Virus record (IMG/VR): IMGVR_UViG_3300036770_001202
Strand: one strand, 5' to 3'
Origin: an uncultured virus (IMG/VR IMGVR_UViG_3300036770_001202)
Taxonomy: Duplodnaviria > Heunggongvirae > Uroviricota > Caudoviricetes
DNA: 64,000 nt
Made by a program: the position numbers and the translations under genes
Shown here: piece by piece, positions 54,873-64,000 of the stretch
How positions within the stretch are numbered: position 1 is the stretch's first letter
Layout of the letters: every line of letters starts with the position of its first letter
Notes under the pieces: model-generated
Database searches by the model: none
Told to the model about the DNA's origin: nothing
The model's input: only the letters and a program-made list of their open reading frames with translations

Positions 54873-55817
54873 ATGGCACTAACACTATCATTTACAGAAT
54901 ATGCTGCGATGAAAGATTATCGCGCACATGAACTTGTTGAAAAACAAATCCTTTACAATCAAGGTAAGAAATACGGACAGGCTGTGTTTCTTGCTGGCGG
55001 CGCAGGCTCAGGTAAAGGATTTGCTATCAAGCACTTTATGCAAGGCGAAAATTTTAAAATTCGCGATGTTGACGAACTTAAGATGGCATTTCAAAAGTTA
55101 GATGCGCTTGGCAAATTCAACGTTGCAACCATATTAGACAAATTAAACGAAAGAGATCGTGCGCTAATTCAAAAAGAAGTAATCGACAAAAAACTAAAAC
55201 TTAGCGATTTAAATTTGAAAACGCCAACTCATGTGTATATTCTTCACATGGTAGTTAAAGCAACAGGCGCTAAAGATAAAACTCTTGATTTGCTTTTAGG
55301 TGATGCTACTGCCGGCAGATTACCAAACATCATCTTTGATGTGACATTCAAAGACATGGATGATTTAAACACTACAATTCCATTGCTTATCAAAGCAGGA
55401 TATGAAACACGAAACATTCATTTGAGTTGGGTTCTGACAAATTATCAAATTGCAATCAAGAATAACAAATCTCGCAGTCGAGTAGTGCCAGAAGATATTC
55501 TATTAGCCACACATAGAGGTGCAGCACAGACTGTTTACAGTCTGGTTAGCAAAGGTATTCCTGCTGAAGTAGATGGCGGCATTTACGTCATTCTAAATAA
55601 TCCAGAGAATACAATTTACATTGTTGATCCTAAAACTGGTAAAGAATATCGTGATGCAAAGAATCGACCAGTCATCAAAGACTTTGAGTATCTACAACTC
55701 AAAGAGCCAGGCAAACCAGCAAAAAAAGAAATTGAAGTTAAAAAACAATTGCTGACTTGGATTCGCGACAATGTTCCTCCTGATGCATTAGACACCTCAG
55801 AATTAGACAGACTATGA
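54873..55817 (+). CDS. P-loop kinase (zeta-toxin-like fold)
   Basis: FLAGGAGSGK, DVD, IIFD.T, N..R.R.VP. Confidence 0.7.
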   Translation: MALTLSFTEYAAMKDYRAHELVEKQILYNQGKKYGQAVFLAGGAGSGKGFAIKHFMQGENFKIRDVDELKMAFQKLDALGKFNVATILDKLNERDRALIQKEVIDKKLKLSDLNLKTPTHVYILHMVVKATGAKDKTLDLLLGDATAGRLPNIIFDVTFKDMDDLNTTIPLLIKAGYETRNIHLSWVLTNYQIAIKNNKSRSRVVPEDILLATHRGAAQTVYSLVSKGIPAEVDGGIYVILNNPENTIYIVDPKTGKEYRDAKNRPVIKDFEYLQLKEPGKPAKKEIEVKKQLLTWIRDNVPPDALDTSELDRL

Positions 55818-56047
55818 AACGCTTTAAAGATTTTATTCAAGGAACTCCTGTCTCACAAGAAGAGTGGGAAGAAGACGTTTACGGACCAGAACTTGTTGAA
55901 GTATTAAAACAAGTTGATGGTCGATGGGCTATTGTTTCAAAGAAAACTGGAAGACCTTTAGTGTATTATAAAGGTGAAGGCAAACCATCAGATGAGTGGT
56001 TTCGCGATCAAGAAAGACGCATACAGTATTTTAAGCACAAGGGATAA
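55814..56047 (+). CDS. Small hypothetical protein
   Basis: MKRFKDFI...VSKKTGR...ERRIQYFKH. Confidence 0.7.
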   Translation: MKRFKDFIQGTPVSQEEWEEDVYGPELVEVLKQVDGRWAIVSKKTGRPLVYYKGEGKPSDEWFRDQERRIQYFKHKG

Positions 56048-56050
56048 TTG

Positions 56051-56932
56051 ATGCAGAATTTTTTGGGACATGATGGGTTTGTTTGGTGGATTGGTGTAGT
56101 TGAAGATGTGATTGATCCAGAAACACTTGGAAGATGTAAGGTTCGAGTGTTTGGATATCATGATGATACTACACAAATACCAACGGCTGATTTGCCGTGG
56201 GCGACAGCAATACATCCAACCAATACCCCTAATCTTTATGCATCACTTGCGTTAGGTGATTGGGTATTTGGATTTTTTCTTGATTCATTTAATGCACAAG
56301 AGCCCGCAATCGTAGGATATATTCCTACTAAAAAAACACCTAGAAATTTTAATAGAGTTCACACCAGAGGTAACTCGGCAAATACAGTATGCTGGGAAAT
56401 TGCAAATAACTATATCGAAGTTGTTACTAAGTCGCCTACTGAAGCAAATGGTCATATTACAGTATATCACGCAACAGGATCAAAAATTGATATTGATTCA
56501 AATGGAGCAATCACAGTATATACATCAAATAATGTCTACATAACGGCTAACACGATTTCGGCTAATGCAAATGTGGTATCAGTAACATCAAACAGTATTG
56601 TTGCGACAACAAACACTTGTGTAGTTACAAGTAACACTAGCAGCATCTTTGCTAGAGATAATCTTATTGCAACTGCAAATAACATTGTTCTTACCGCAAA
56701 CAATAATTTTACCATTAATGGAAAGAATCTGTCTACAATTGCAAATACAATTTCAACAACAGGCGGATCAATTTCTACAACGGGTAACACAATATCAACA
56801 ACAGGCGATACTGTATCCACCTCAGGGTCTTCATTGTCTATTTCTGATAGCGGATCATCATTAACACCAACAGCAATTTCTGCTGGTTTGGCCGCGGGCT
56901 TAGTATTTCCGACGCCTCCACCAGAAGAATAA
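56051..56932 (+). CDS. 5: gp5-like baseplate hub/spike (OB-fold + beta-helix, no lysozyme)
   Basis: WWIGVVED..DP..LGR..VR..G.H, LPWA, V.GFFLD...Q.P; T/N-rich repeats. Confidence 0.85.
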   Translation: MQNFLGHDGFVWWIGVVEDVIDPETLGRCKVRVFGYHDDTTQIPTADLPWATAIHPTNTPNLYASLALGDWVFGFFLDSFNAQEPAIVGYIPTKKTPRNFNRVHTRGNSANTVCWEIANNYIEVVTKSPTEANGHITVYHATGSKIDIDSNGAITVYTSNNVYITANTISANANVVSVTSNSIVATTNTCVVTSNTSSIFARDNLIATANNIVLTANNNFTINGKNLSTIANTISTTGGSISTTGNTISTTGDTVSTSGSSLSISDSGSSLTPTAISAGLAAGLVFPTPPPEE

Positions 56933-56955
56933 TTTTATAAACCTAGGAGAAAACT

Positions 56956-57141
56956 ATGACAAACCATGAAAACTTAGTAAATCTTTTTGAAACTTACCTA
57001 TCTGAAAACGAAAAGTTTGAAGTGAAGGGTGTAAAGGCTGCTGGAACTCGCGCAAGAAAAGCACTTGCTGAAATCGCAAAAGCGGTAAAAGAACGTAGAA
57101 AAGAGATTCAGGATGCAAAAGCGGTAGAAAAACAGGCATAA
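56956..57141 (+). CDS. Small histone-like (Hc1-type) protein
   Basis: EKF..KG.KAAGTRARKAL.E..K....RRKEIQ. Confidence 0.75.
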   Translation: MTNHENLVNLFETYLSENEKFEVKGVKAAGTRARKALAEIAKAVKERRKEIQDAKAVEKQA

Positions 57142-57168
57142 ATAAAGAAAACAAATTAGGAAAAGGCA

Positions 57169-57552
57169 ATGGCTGGCATCGTATTCTATAAAGATTTACC
57201 TTTAGACTTCACCCCAAATCCGGTGACAGGCGATGTTCGCCCAATTACTAATGAAGTTGCAATCAAGCGTTCGATCAAAAATCTCATTCTGACACAGAAA
57301 GGCACGAAGCCTTTCTTGCCGGAGTATGGAACAAACATTAAGAAGTTTTTATTTTCAAGTTTAAATCCATTTGAGATAGTTGATTTAGAGAGAGAAATTG
57401 CAAACGCTATTCAGAAAAACGAAAGCAGAGTTATATTGAAAAAAGTTGAAGCCCTTGCCGATAATAACAATGGGGTGAAAATTACAGTAGAGTATGTCAT
57501 CAAGAATATGAATGTAAATTCTAGTGTAACAACAACAATACAAAGAGTATAA
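57169..57552 (+). CDS. 25: Baseplate wedge gp25
   Basis: DL.LDF..NPVT.D, AIKRS.KNL..T..G..PF.P.YG. Confidence 0.9.
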   Translation: MAGIVFYKDLPLDFTPNPVTGDVRPITNEVAIKRSIKNLILTQKGTKPFLPEYGTNIKKFLFSSLNPFEIVDLEREIANAIQKNESRVILKKVEALADNNNGVKITVEYVIKNMNVNSSVTTTIQRV

Positions 57553-57555
57553 TAA

Positions 57556-59376
57556 ATGGCTGACAACTTAAATTTAAAAGTAGATGAATTAGACTTTCAA
57601 GGAATAAAGACTAATTTAAGAAGTTTCTTACAGGCACAAGATCAATTCAGAGATTATAACTTTGAGGGGTCTGGTCTGAACGTATTGTTGGACCTTCTTG
57701 CATATAATACTTACTATAATTCATTCTACCTAAACATGGTATTGAATGAAGCGTTTTTGAATACCGCACAAAAAAGAGGATCGGTAGTTAATGCTGCGAA
57801 GGCATTGAACTACACTCCTCGCTCTGTTACTTCCGCCAAAATTACAGGAACTCTTACTGTAACTCCGACAGGTTCTCCTGCAACAGTTACAATTCCTGCT
57901 TATACAAAATTTTCCGGAACTTTAGATGGTGTTACTTTTAACTTTCTGAATACAGAAGCAATTAATGTTGTTTCAGAATCAGGTTCATATGTTGCTTCAG
58001 ACGTAACCCTAACTGAAGGAACTTTTGTTAGAAACACATTTCAAGTTAATGTAAACGACCCAGATCAAAAATTTAAATTACTAAACGTAAACGCAGACAC
58101 CTCTACTCTAATTGTAAAGGTTTTGAATTCATCTACCGATACAACAACAAGAACTTTTATTCGTCCTGACAATTTAATTGAGATAACTTCAATTTCTCCA
58201 GTTTATTTCTTAGAAGAAGGTTCGGATGGTTTGTATGAAGTAAGATTCGGAGATGGTGTTTTTGGTGTTGCTTTAGAAAACGGAAACATTGTTGTTTTAG
58301 AGTACCTCGTTTCAAAGGGAAACTTAGCCAACGATGTTGAGTCTGTGACATTTTCAAGTAGCATTGCTGGTGTAACATCAATATCTTTTGTGCCAGATGA
58401 TCCAGCAGCAGGTGGATTGGGTAAAGAAACAATCAACCATATTAAGTTTTCCGCACCTAAAACTTATGAGGCACAAAATCGTGCAGTTACATCCGAAGAC
58501 TATAAAGGTCTTTTGTTGCAACAATCAATTGTAGATTCGGTAGTAGTTTGGGGAGGTGAGGATAATGACCCACCAGAATATGGAAAAGTTTTTATTGCGA
58601 TTAAGCCTACTGTAGGTGATGTATTAAGTGCTACTGAAAAAACTAACTTAATTCGAGGTATTATTAATCCTAAAAAAATTCTTACTGTAAGAACTGAAAT
58701 TGTTGATCCAGAATATCTGTATCTTTTAATTTCTTCTACGGTAAAATACAATTCTGATATTACTACATTAAGTCAAAATTCAATCAGAAATATTATCGTT
58801 GACACTATCAAAAATTACAACGACTCTGATATTGATCAATTTTCAAAGTATTTTAGATACTCTAAATTATCTCGTCTAATCGACTTGTCGGAAAGATCAA
58901 TCTTAAACTCCGACCTAAATATTAGAATGAGAATTGAAAAAAATATTCAATTGAATGTTCCGCAGAGAGTTGAAGTTAGGTTTTCAAATGCTATTAACTC
59001 TACCACAAATGGTAGACCATCAGATCATCCATACGGTGTGGGCAATCAATTAACTTCAAATGCATTTACTTATGCGGGTCTTTCAGACTGTTTCTTGGAA
59101 GAAAATAACGGTATTGTTAGGGTATATCAATTGGTTCGCTCTGAAAGAATTGGTGTTGCATCAAACGTTGGCACCTTAAATTATAGCACAGGTACAGTAG
59201 TTCTGTCAAATTTTTCAGTTTCCGCTTTCAATGATGGTAGTTCTACATTAAAATTAACTGCTATTCCGCAAAATAAAGACATTCTACCTCTTAGAAATCA
59301 AATTTTACAAATTAGAGATCAAGATATTTCAGTAAGCATGATAGATGACAAAACAATTAGTCTAGTTAATAGATAA
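57556..59376 (+). CDS. 6: Baseplate wedge gp6
   Basis: LDF..IK, DY.FEGS, LAYNT.Y, FGDG..G, Q.RAVT..DY, WGGE. Confidence 0.95.
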   Translation: MADNLNLKVDELDFQGIKTNLRSFLQAQDQFRDYNFEGSGLNVLLDLLAYNTYYNSFYLNMVLNEAFLNTAQKRGSVVNAAKALNYTPRSVTSAKITGTLTVTPTGSPATVTIPAYTKFSGTLDGVTFNFLNTEAINVVSESGSYVASDVTLTEGTFVRNTFQVNVNDPDQKFKLLNVNADTSTLIVKVLNSSTDTTTRTFIRPDNLIEITSISPVYFLEEGSDGLYEVRFGDGVFGVALENGNIVVLEYLVSKGNLANDVESVTFSSSIAGVTSISFVPDDPAAGGLGKETINHIKFSAPKTYEAQNRAVTSEDYKGLLLQQSIVDSVVVWGGEDNDPPEYGKVFIAIKPTVGDVLSATEKTNLIRGIINPKKILTVRTEIVDPEYLYLLISSTVKYNSDITTLSQNSIRNIIVDTIKNYNDSDIDQFSKYFRYSKLSRLIDLSERSILNSDLNIRMRIEKNIQLNVPQRVEVRFSNAINSTTNGRPSDHPYGVGNQLTSNAFTYAGLSDCFLEENNGIVRVYQLVRSERIGVASNVGTLNYSTGTVVLSNFSVSAFNDGSSTLKLTAIPQNKDILPLRNQILQIRDQDISVSMIDDKTISLVNR

Positions 59377-59381
59377 TAAAA

Positions 59382-62300
59382 ATGTCTAACGAAATAAAAT
59401 TCAATCCTTCATTAAATGTAGATTCGTTCTTCGGAGATGGTTTCTCCGAAGATAACGAACGTTTTTTGCTTTTTTTAAAGGCATATTATGAATGGCTTGA
59501 AACCTCTACAATTACCTACACGAATTTAACCGGTGTATTTCAGCGAGGAGAACAAGTTCTCGGACAAACATCAGGTGCTACTGGTGTAATTAAAGAAATT
59601 AAAGATGGTGCAATTGTAGTTCAAGTAACAACTAAAAAGCCATTTCAAAAACTTGAAACAATCGCAGGACAAACATCTTCCGCTGAAGCAGAAATATATT
59701 CTGTAAAAGATAACGTAATTCGAGCAAGCGGTAATATTTTAGATTATCGCAACTTAGAAACATCAATCGACAAATATTTTGAGTTTCTAAAGGAAGAGTT
59801 ATATCCTACAATTCCTATCAGTTATTTCGGAAATAAACCTCTTCTTGCGTCAAAGTTTAAAGATTTCTTTAATTCTAAGAGTAATGAGCAGTCATATAGA
59901 TTCTTATTCAGATTACTCTATAATGAAGAAATTGATTTCTACTATCCAGGCGATGACATTATTAGAGCATCTGATGGTAACTTTGAACGAACCCAAATCA
60001 TTCGAACTGGCGCAGTTGCTTTTGGTACCAACGAATTTGGTAACCAATACGAAAGAAGTATCTTTGATTTTCTAAACAAAACAATCAGAGGTAAAACATC
60101 TGGTGCGCTTGCGTTTGTAGTTGACATTAAAAAATTCTTCATTGGTTCTCTTGAAACCGCAGAATTAACATTGAAACTTGTTTCTGCTGATTTTTCAGGA
60201 GGAGAAGAAATTGTAGACATTGACGATGAAAATTTGAATGCAACACTTTACGGTATCGTTGCAGGTTTTGATATCAATGATGGTGGTTCTGGATATCAAG
60301 TTGGTGATATTATTTCCATTACTGGAGATGGTTCCGAAGCACAAGCGGTAGTTTCCTCTATTCGTCAATCCCCAATTACTAAACTAAAAACTAATGAAAT
60401 TGGTTATGGTTATAGAGTTGGTACTCAAGCAACAATCAATAACGTAGGTACCGGCGGTACTGGCTTAATTGTTCGCGTTACTGAAATTGCAAACACATAT
60501 ACAGTTACTAGCGGAAACACAAGTTATGAAGTTGGTGAAATATCTAAAGTCTCTATTGTAAGCAGAGGCTCTGGATATTTTGCATCACCTCAGATTACTC
60601 TTGTTGATACTACAATCGAATCTTTGGGATTGCTAAGTGATAAGTTAATTACTATAGACAATCCAGGCACAAACTATGCGGTCGGCGATCCACTCATTAT
60701 CACCGCAACTACAGGTGCAAATGCGGTAGGTCAAGTTGCGTCTGTTGTAGCAAACTCTTCATATTCAAACACTCTTCTTTTTGAAGATGGGTTCGAACTT
60801 GTGTTTGAACAAAGTTATGAAGACGTTCTTAAGACTGAGGACTGGGATGTAGGTTCATTTGGTCCTATTGCTAGAGTTGAATTCACAAACTTCGGTGATG
60901 GATACGATGCAGATGATCTACCCACAATTACAGTAAACACTTCGACTGGCGCAGACGCGCAGTTAACCGTAACTGGCATTCAAGGTATGAGTGCAAACGT
61001 TGAAGTTGACGCAGCAAATAATGCGACTGGTATTGGTTCTATTCGCGCACTTGATATTTCTAATTTCGGTATTAACTACACTACAGCAAGTGCAGACGCA
61101 ACAGGCGCGGGTGATGGAAATGCTAATCTAACACCAATCATTTCTGGTATTGGTGTTAAGACAGGTTCTTGGCTTGATGATGACGGCAAAGTAAACTATA
61201 AAGTTCTACAAGACTCGTATTACTATCAAGACTACTCTTATGTTATCAAGAGTGGTTTGACTGTAGAAAAGTATATTGACACCGTTAAGAAAGTAATTCA
61301 CCCCGCAGGTCTACAACTATTCGGTGAATTGTTACTGATTGACTCTGTAAGCGTAACACCAGAGTTCAAATCTTATATTGAAACGCTTAAAGACTTTGTT
61401 ATTGAAATTTACAGTCTTGTTGTTGCAGGTGTCGAGTTTGGTGAATTCCAAATTGAACCAATTAGTGCACCCACAAACGTTATTATTGAACCTACTGAAG
61501 TTGTTGTTGGTGATGGCGGACACTTTAGAGAATACGTTATCAAGTTGGTTCCTGGTGGAGATGATTTAGAGTCGGTATCTAACCTCGAAATGAATCAGGT
61601 GGATACACAGGTAAGAGAATTTGTTGTTTATGTTTCTCCACAAATAGACACCTCAATTGTTGCTGGACTTGAGCCACTTAGAAAGATTATTGTATCTTTC
61701 GCAGAAGACGTTCAAGGCTACAGTCAGGCAAATTGGGCAGAAAACACTATTGAAGATGTAGCAACAGTTCCAATTTCACTTCATGCAAATGAAACTTTTG
61801 CAGATGAATGGATTCAATATCCAAGAAGATCAACCGAAGTTGTTATTTTCGATAAGTTACCAAATGTTGCAGACCTACAAATTGAAAATGAAGGCGAATA
61901 CGTTCTTGACGTTCCTTTGCATGGATTTGAATATCTCACAAATGATTCTCGCCCAATCGCAGAATACTCAAATACTACAATCTCTGCGGTAGCATCAGAT
62001 GCATTTGATTTGTTCTATTCAGAAATTGAATCTGCAACAGTTAAGGCTTCGCCTTCTCCTCTGATCACCGGTCAAGCCGAAAGTCAAAGAACATCAAGGG
62101 ATATTTTCCGAACAGAACTTCAGGTTGAAATTGCACCTGAAGAGGCATGGTCATATAGATTTATTTTAGGTGATGAACCTATTCAAGAAATTGCCGGCAT
62201 GACAATTGGCGGCAATACTTTGAATGCAATCTATGATGGTCAGACTGAGACATACGAAAATTATACTTTTGACTTTGTATTAAGAGACTTTCCAAAAACA

Positions 62301-64000
62301 TACACCGAATTTGTTAAGCAGATTGGTGATGCTAAAGAAGCATTCTCGGTTTCTCTGCCTATCCAAAAAGAGTATGTAAATCAATACTACTCTCGTGGTT
62401 TTGGTTACGAAATTTATGATGAAGTAACAATTGCCACTTACGAAAACGAACTTCTATCAGCATTCTCAGAAGTTGGATTGGAACAGTATCATGCGGATGT
62501 CGATGCGATTAGCATTCCAATGTTCATATCTCCAAGTCCGACAGGACAATCTGAAGGATCGGAAGACCCAAGAGATATCTTCAGAAGAGAATTCAACGTT
62601 GAAATTCTGACGTTCTTAGATGCATCAATTTCTATTGAACCATACATTGTAAGCAACGAAGTATCGACAGACGATATTGAGTTGGATAGAGAACTGCCAA
62701 TTATCATCACATTTGATATTCCAGTTGCGGTTCATCAAGAGTATGGCGTTGTAGTAAGTCCTGCGCCATCAGTAGTCGATGTTACCATAACATTCTCTTC
62801 AGTTGCACCACAGAAATTCCAAGCAGCAGAAGGTATCGTGTCTGCCTATGGCTTGCTGGTGCAAGACTTGACTTTCTTGGAATATGGTGCAGAAAATCTT
62901 GACGATTTAATTGCTGAAGCGGTATATCAAGGAACCAACACCACATTTGGCGACTCGTCATTTAGTCGATACTATAGAACATATCCATTTACCGGAACTG
63001 AAATGATTCAAAGAATCATTACAGTTGAAGATGGAACTATCACGCCTCACAGAGAATTGGTAGTTTCTTATACTACGTCCGGAACTAAACCAATTGCATA
63101 TTTTGATGCACCAATTTCTGCGTTTGAAAACGACACATTAGAACAAAGAAGAATAGAACATTTTGAAGTCTATTATGATACGGTAGATTCACAAGTTATC
63201 AGCGTGTTCCCATCACCGCTGTCAACTGGTCAAGCAATTACCACTAAGAGTGAAAAAGATATCTTTAGAACCGAAATGGTTCAACAAGTTAAAACTACCA
63301 CTCCAGTTACCTCACAGTCAATGGCAGATGCAATTCTTGCTGATGCTGCAAATGAAACCTTTGAAGATTTTTCTCCAGAATCAGAAAATTACGGAATTCA
63401 AAAAACGTATGCGGAAAATACCTTCAACGATTACTTTAGATCGTTTGCTAGATTGACAACTGAAATGGTCAGACAAGTTCCTTCGAATGCGAATGCGTCT
63501 GCGCCTGAAAATCATGATAGGCAATTTGTTGTATCTTACATTGCTACAGGATTTAGATTTGCACTATTTGCAGAAGGAGTTTTTGCGGATTATCAATCCG
63601 ATCAAATTGCTACCCTTGCGGATAGACCTCTGAATGAAATTTTTGGTGCTGTTTATGATAACACAATCAAAGCATCGCCAAGTCCTACTGAGTCTGGATT
63701 CTCTGGACAAACAAAACTCAAAGAAGATATTTTCCAGAATGAGATTGTTGTCAAGCCAAATACAAACGTCAACCCATACAATACTCAGTTTGAAGATTTA
63801 GATATTGAAATTCTGAGTAACCTGACGTTTGATACAGTTGTTCCTGGAACAGAATTGCTAGTTGGTGACCAGCAGTTAAATGCTGAATATCAGCAAGCGC
63901 CGCTAACATTGTCTAACTATATAAGATATGCAAAAGTACCAGGAAGTGTATCTTCATTAGAGGTTAGTTTGACAGAAGTAACTCTAGATGATTACTCAGA
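59382..64000 (+). CDS. Large baseplate wedge protein (gp7-like), truncated by the window end
   Basis: ATG 59382; FL.AYYEWLE, F.SKS...S...LFR.LY, LQDSYYYQDYSYVIKS...HPAG..LFGE; no stop seen in the segments I translated. Confidence 0.8.
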   Translation, partial: MSNEIKFNPSLNVDSFFGDGFSEDNERFLLFLKAYYEWLETSTITYTNLTGVFQRGEQVLGQTSGATGVIKEIKDGAIVVQVTTKKPFQKLETIAGQTSSAEAEIYSVKDNVIRASGNILDYRNLETSIDKYFEFLKEELYPTIPISYFGNKPLLASKFKDFFNSKSNEQSYRFLFRLLYNEEIDFYYPGDDIIRASDGNFERTQIIRTGAVAFGTNEFGNQYERSIFDFLNKTIRGKTSGALAFVVDIKKFFIGSLETAELTLKLVSADFSGGEEIVDIDDENLNATLYGIVAGFDINDGGSGYQVGDIISITGDGSEAQAVVSSIRQSPITKLKTNEIGYGYRVGTQATINNVGTGGTGLIVRVTEIANTYTVTSGNTSYEVGEISKVSIVSRGSGYFASPQITLVDTTIESLGLLSDKLITIDNPGTNYAVGDPLIITATTGANAVGQVASVVANSSYSNTLLFEDGFELVFEQSYEDVLKTEDWDVGSFGPIARVEFTNFGDGYDADDLPTITVNTSTGADAQLTVTGIQGMSANVEVDAANNATGIGSIRALDISNFGINYTTASADATGAGDGNANLTPIISGIGVKTGSWLDDDGKVNYKVLQDSYYYQDYSYVIKSGLTVEKYIDTVKKVIHPAGLQLFGELLLIDSVSVTPEFKSYIETLKDFVIEIYSLVVAGVEFGEFQIEPISAPTNVIIEPTEVVVGDGGHFREYVIKLVPGGDDLESVSNLEMNQVDTQVREFVVYVSPQIDTSIVAGLEPLRKIIVSFAEDVQGYSQANWAENTIEDVATVPISLHANETFADEWIQYPRRSTEVVIFDKLPNVADLQIENEGEYVLDVPLHGFEYLTNDSRPIAEYSNTTISAVASDAFDLFYSEIESATVKASPSPLITGQAESQRTSRDIFRTELQVEIAPEEAWSYRFILGDEPIQEIAGMTIGGNTLNAIYDGQTETYENYTFDFVLRDFPKTYTEFVKQIGDAKEAFSVSLPIQKEYVNQYYSRGFGYEIYDEVTIATYENELLSAFSEVGLEQYHADVDAISIPMFISPSPTGQSEGSEDPRDIFRREFNVEILTFLDASISIEPYIVSNEVSTDDIELDRELPIIITFDIPVAVHQEYGVVVSPAPSVVDVTITFSSVAPQKFQAAEGIVSAYGLLVQDLTFLEYGAENLDDLIAEAVYQGTNTTFGDSSFSRYYRTYPFTGTEMIQRIITVEDGTITPHRELVVSYTTSGTKPIAYFDAPISAFENDTLEQRRIEHFEVYYDTVDSQVISVFPSPLSTGQAITTKSEKDIFRTEMVQQVKTTTPVTSQSMADAILADAANETFEDFSPESENYGIQKTYAENTFNDYFRSFARLTTEMVRQVPSNANASAPENHDRQFVVSYIATGFRFALFAEGVFADYQSDQIATLADRPLNEIFGAVYDNTIKASPSPTESGFSGQTKLKEDIFQNEIVVKPNTNVNPYNTQFEDLDIEILSNLTFDTVVPGTELLVGDQQLNAEYQQAPLTLSNYIRYAKVPGSVSSLEVSLTEVTLDDYS

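Noticed and set aside
59845..63456. Short ORFs listed in the last 4.6 kb
   Set aside because: Alternate-frame fragments within the long gp7-like ORF, which the track omitted because it has no stop in the window

Overview
A 64-kb segment of a large T4-like (myovirus) phage genome. The host is probably betaproteobacterial, inferred from the tmRNA tag ANDERFALAA and a pqqA gene. Layout: (1-4.1 kb) minus-strand secreted/membrane proteins; (4.3-14.4 kb) early genes including RNase H and a MazG-like gene; (14.4-23.3 kb) an RNA island with 28 cloverleaf tRNAs, a D-arm-less Tyr tRNA-like gene, several unannotated structured RNAs, a DUF2828/TROVE-like vWA protein, 2OG oxygenases and ahpC/ahpD; (23-37 kb) promoter-cassette genes, denV-like, phoH and an exonuclease; (37.9-41 kb) a two-piece tmRNA, pqqA and a glycan-modification cassette; (42-44 kb) gp33, gp59, gp32; (44-64 kb) tape-measure/baseplate module, with a gp7-like ORF running off the end. 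Main candidate novelties: (i) five covarying 'CAGCAA' stem RNAs, three with 7-nt anticodon-type loops and one containing a complete circularly permuted tRNA-Arg, clustered with the Ro60-like DUF2828 gene; (ii) a 42-codon leader using all 20 amino acids and 35 different codons, coupled to an antiterminator/terminator in front of the tRNA array (putative pan-tRNA-sensing attenuator); (iii) a rearranged D-arm-less tRNA-Tyr; (iv) a second two-copy ncRNA family; (v) a probable -1 frameshift fusing gp26 to gp51. All calls come from manual reading and recalled family motifs; no database searches were run.
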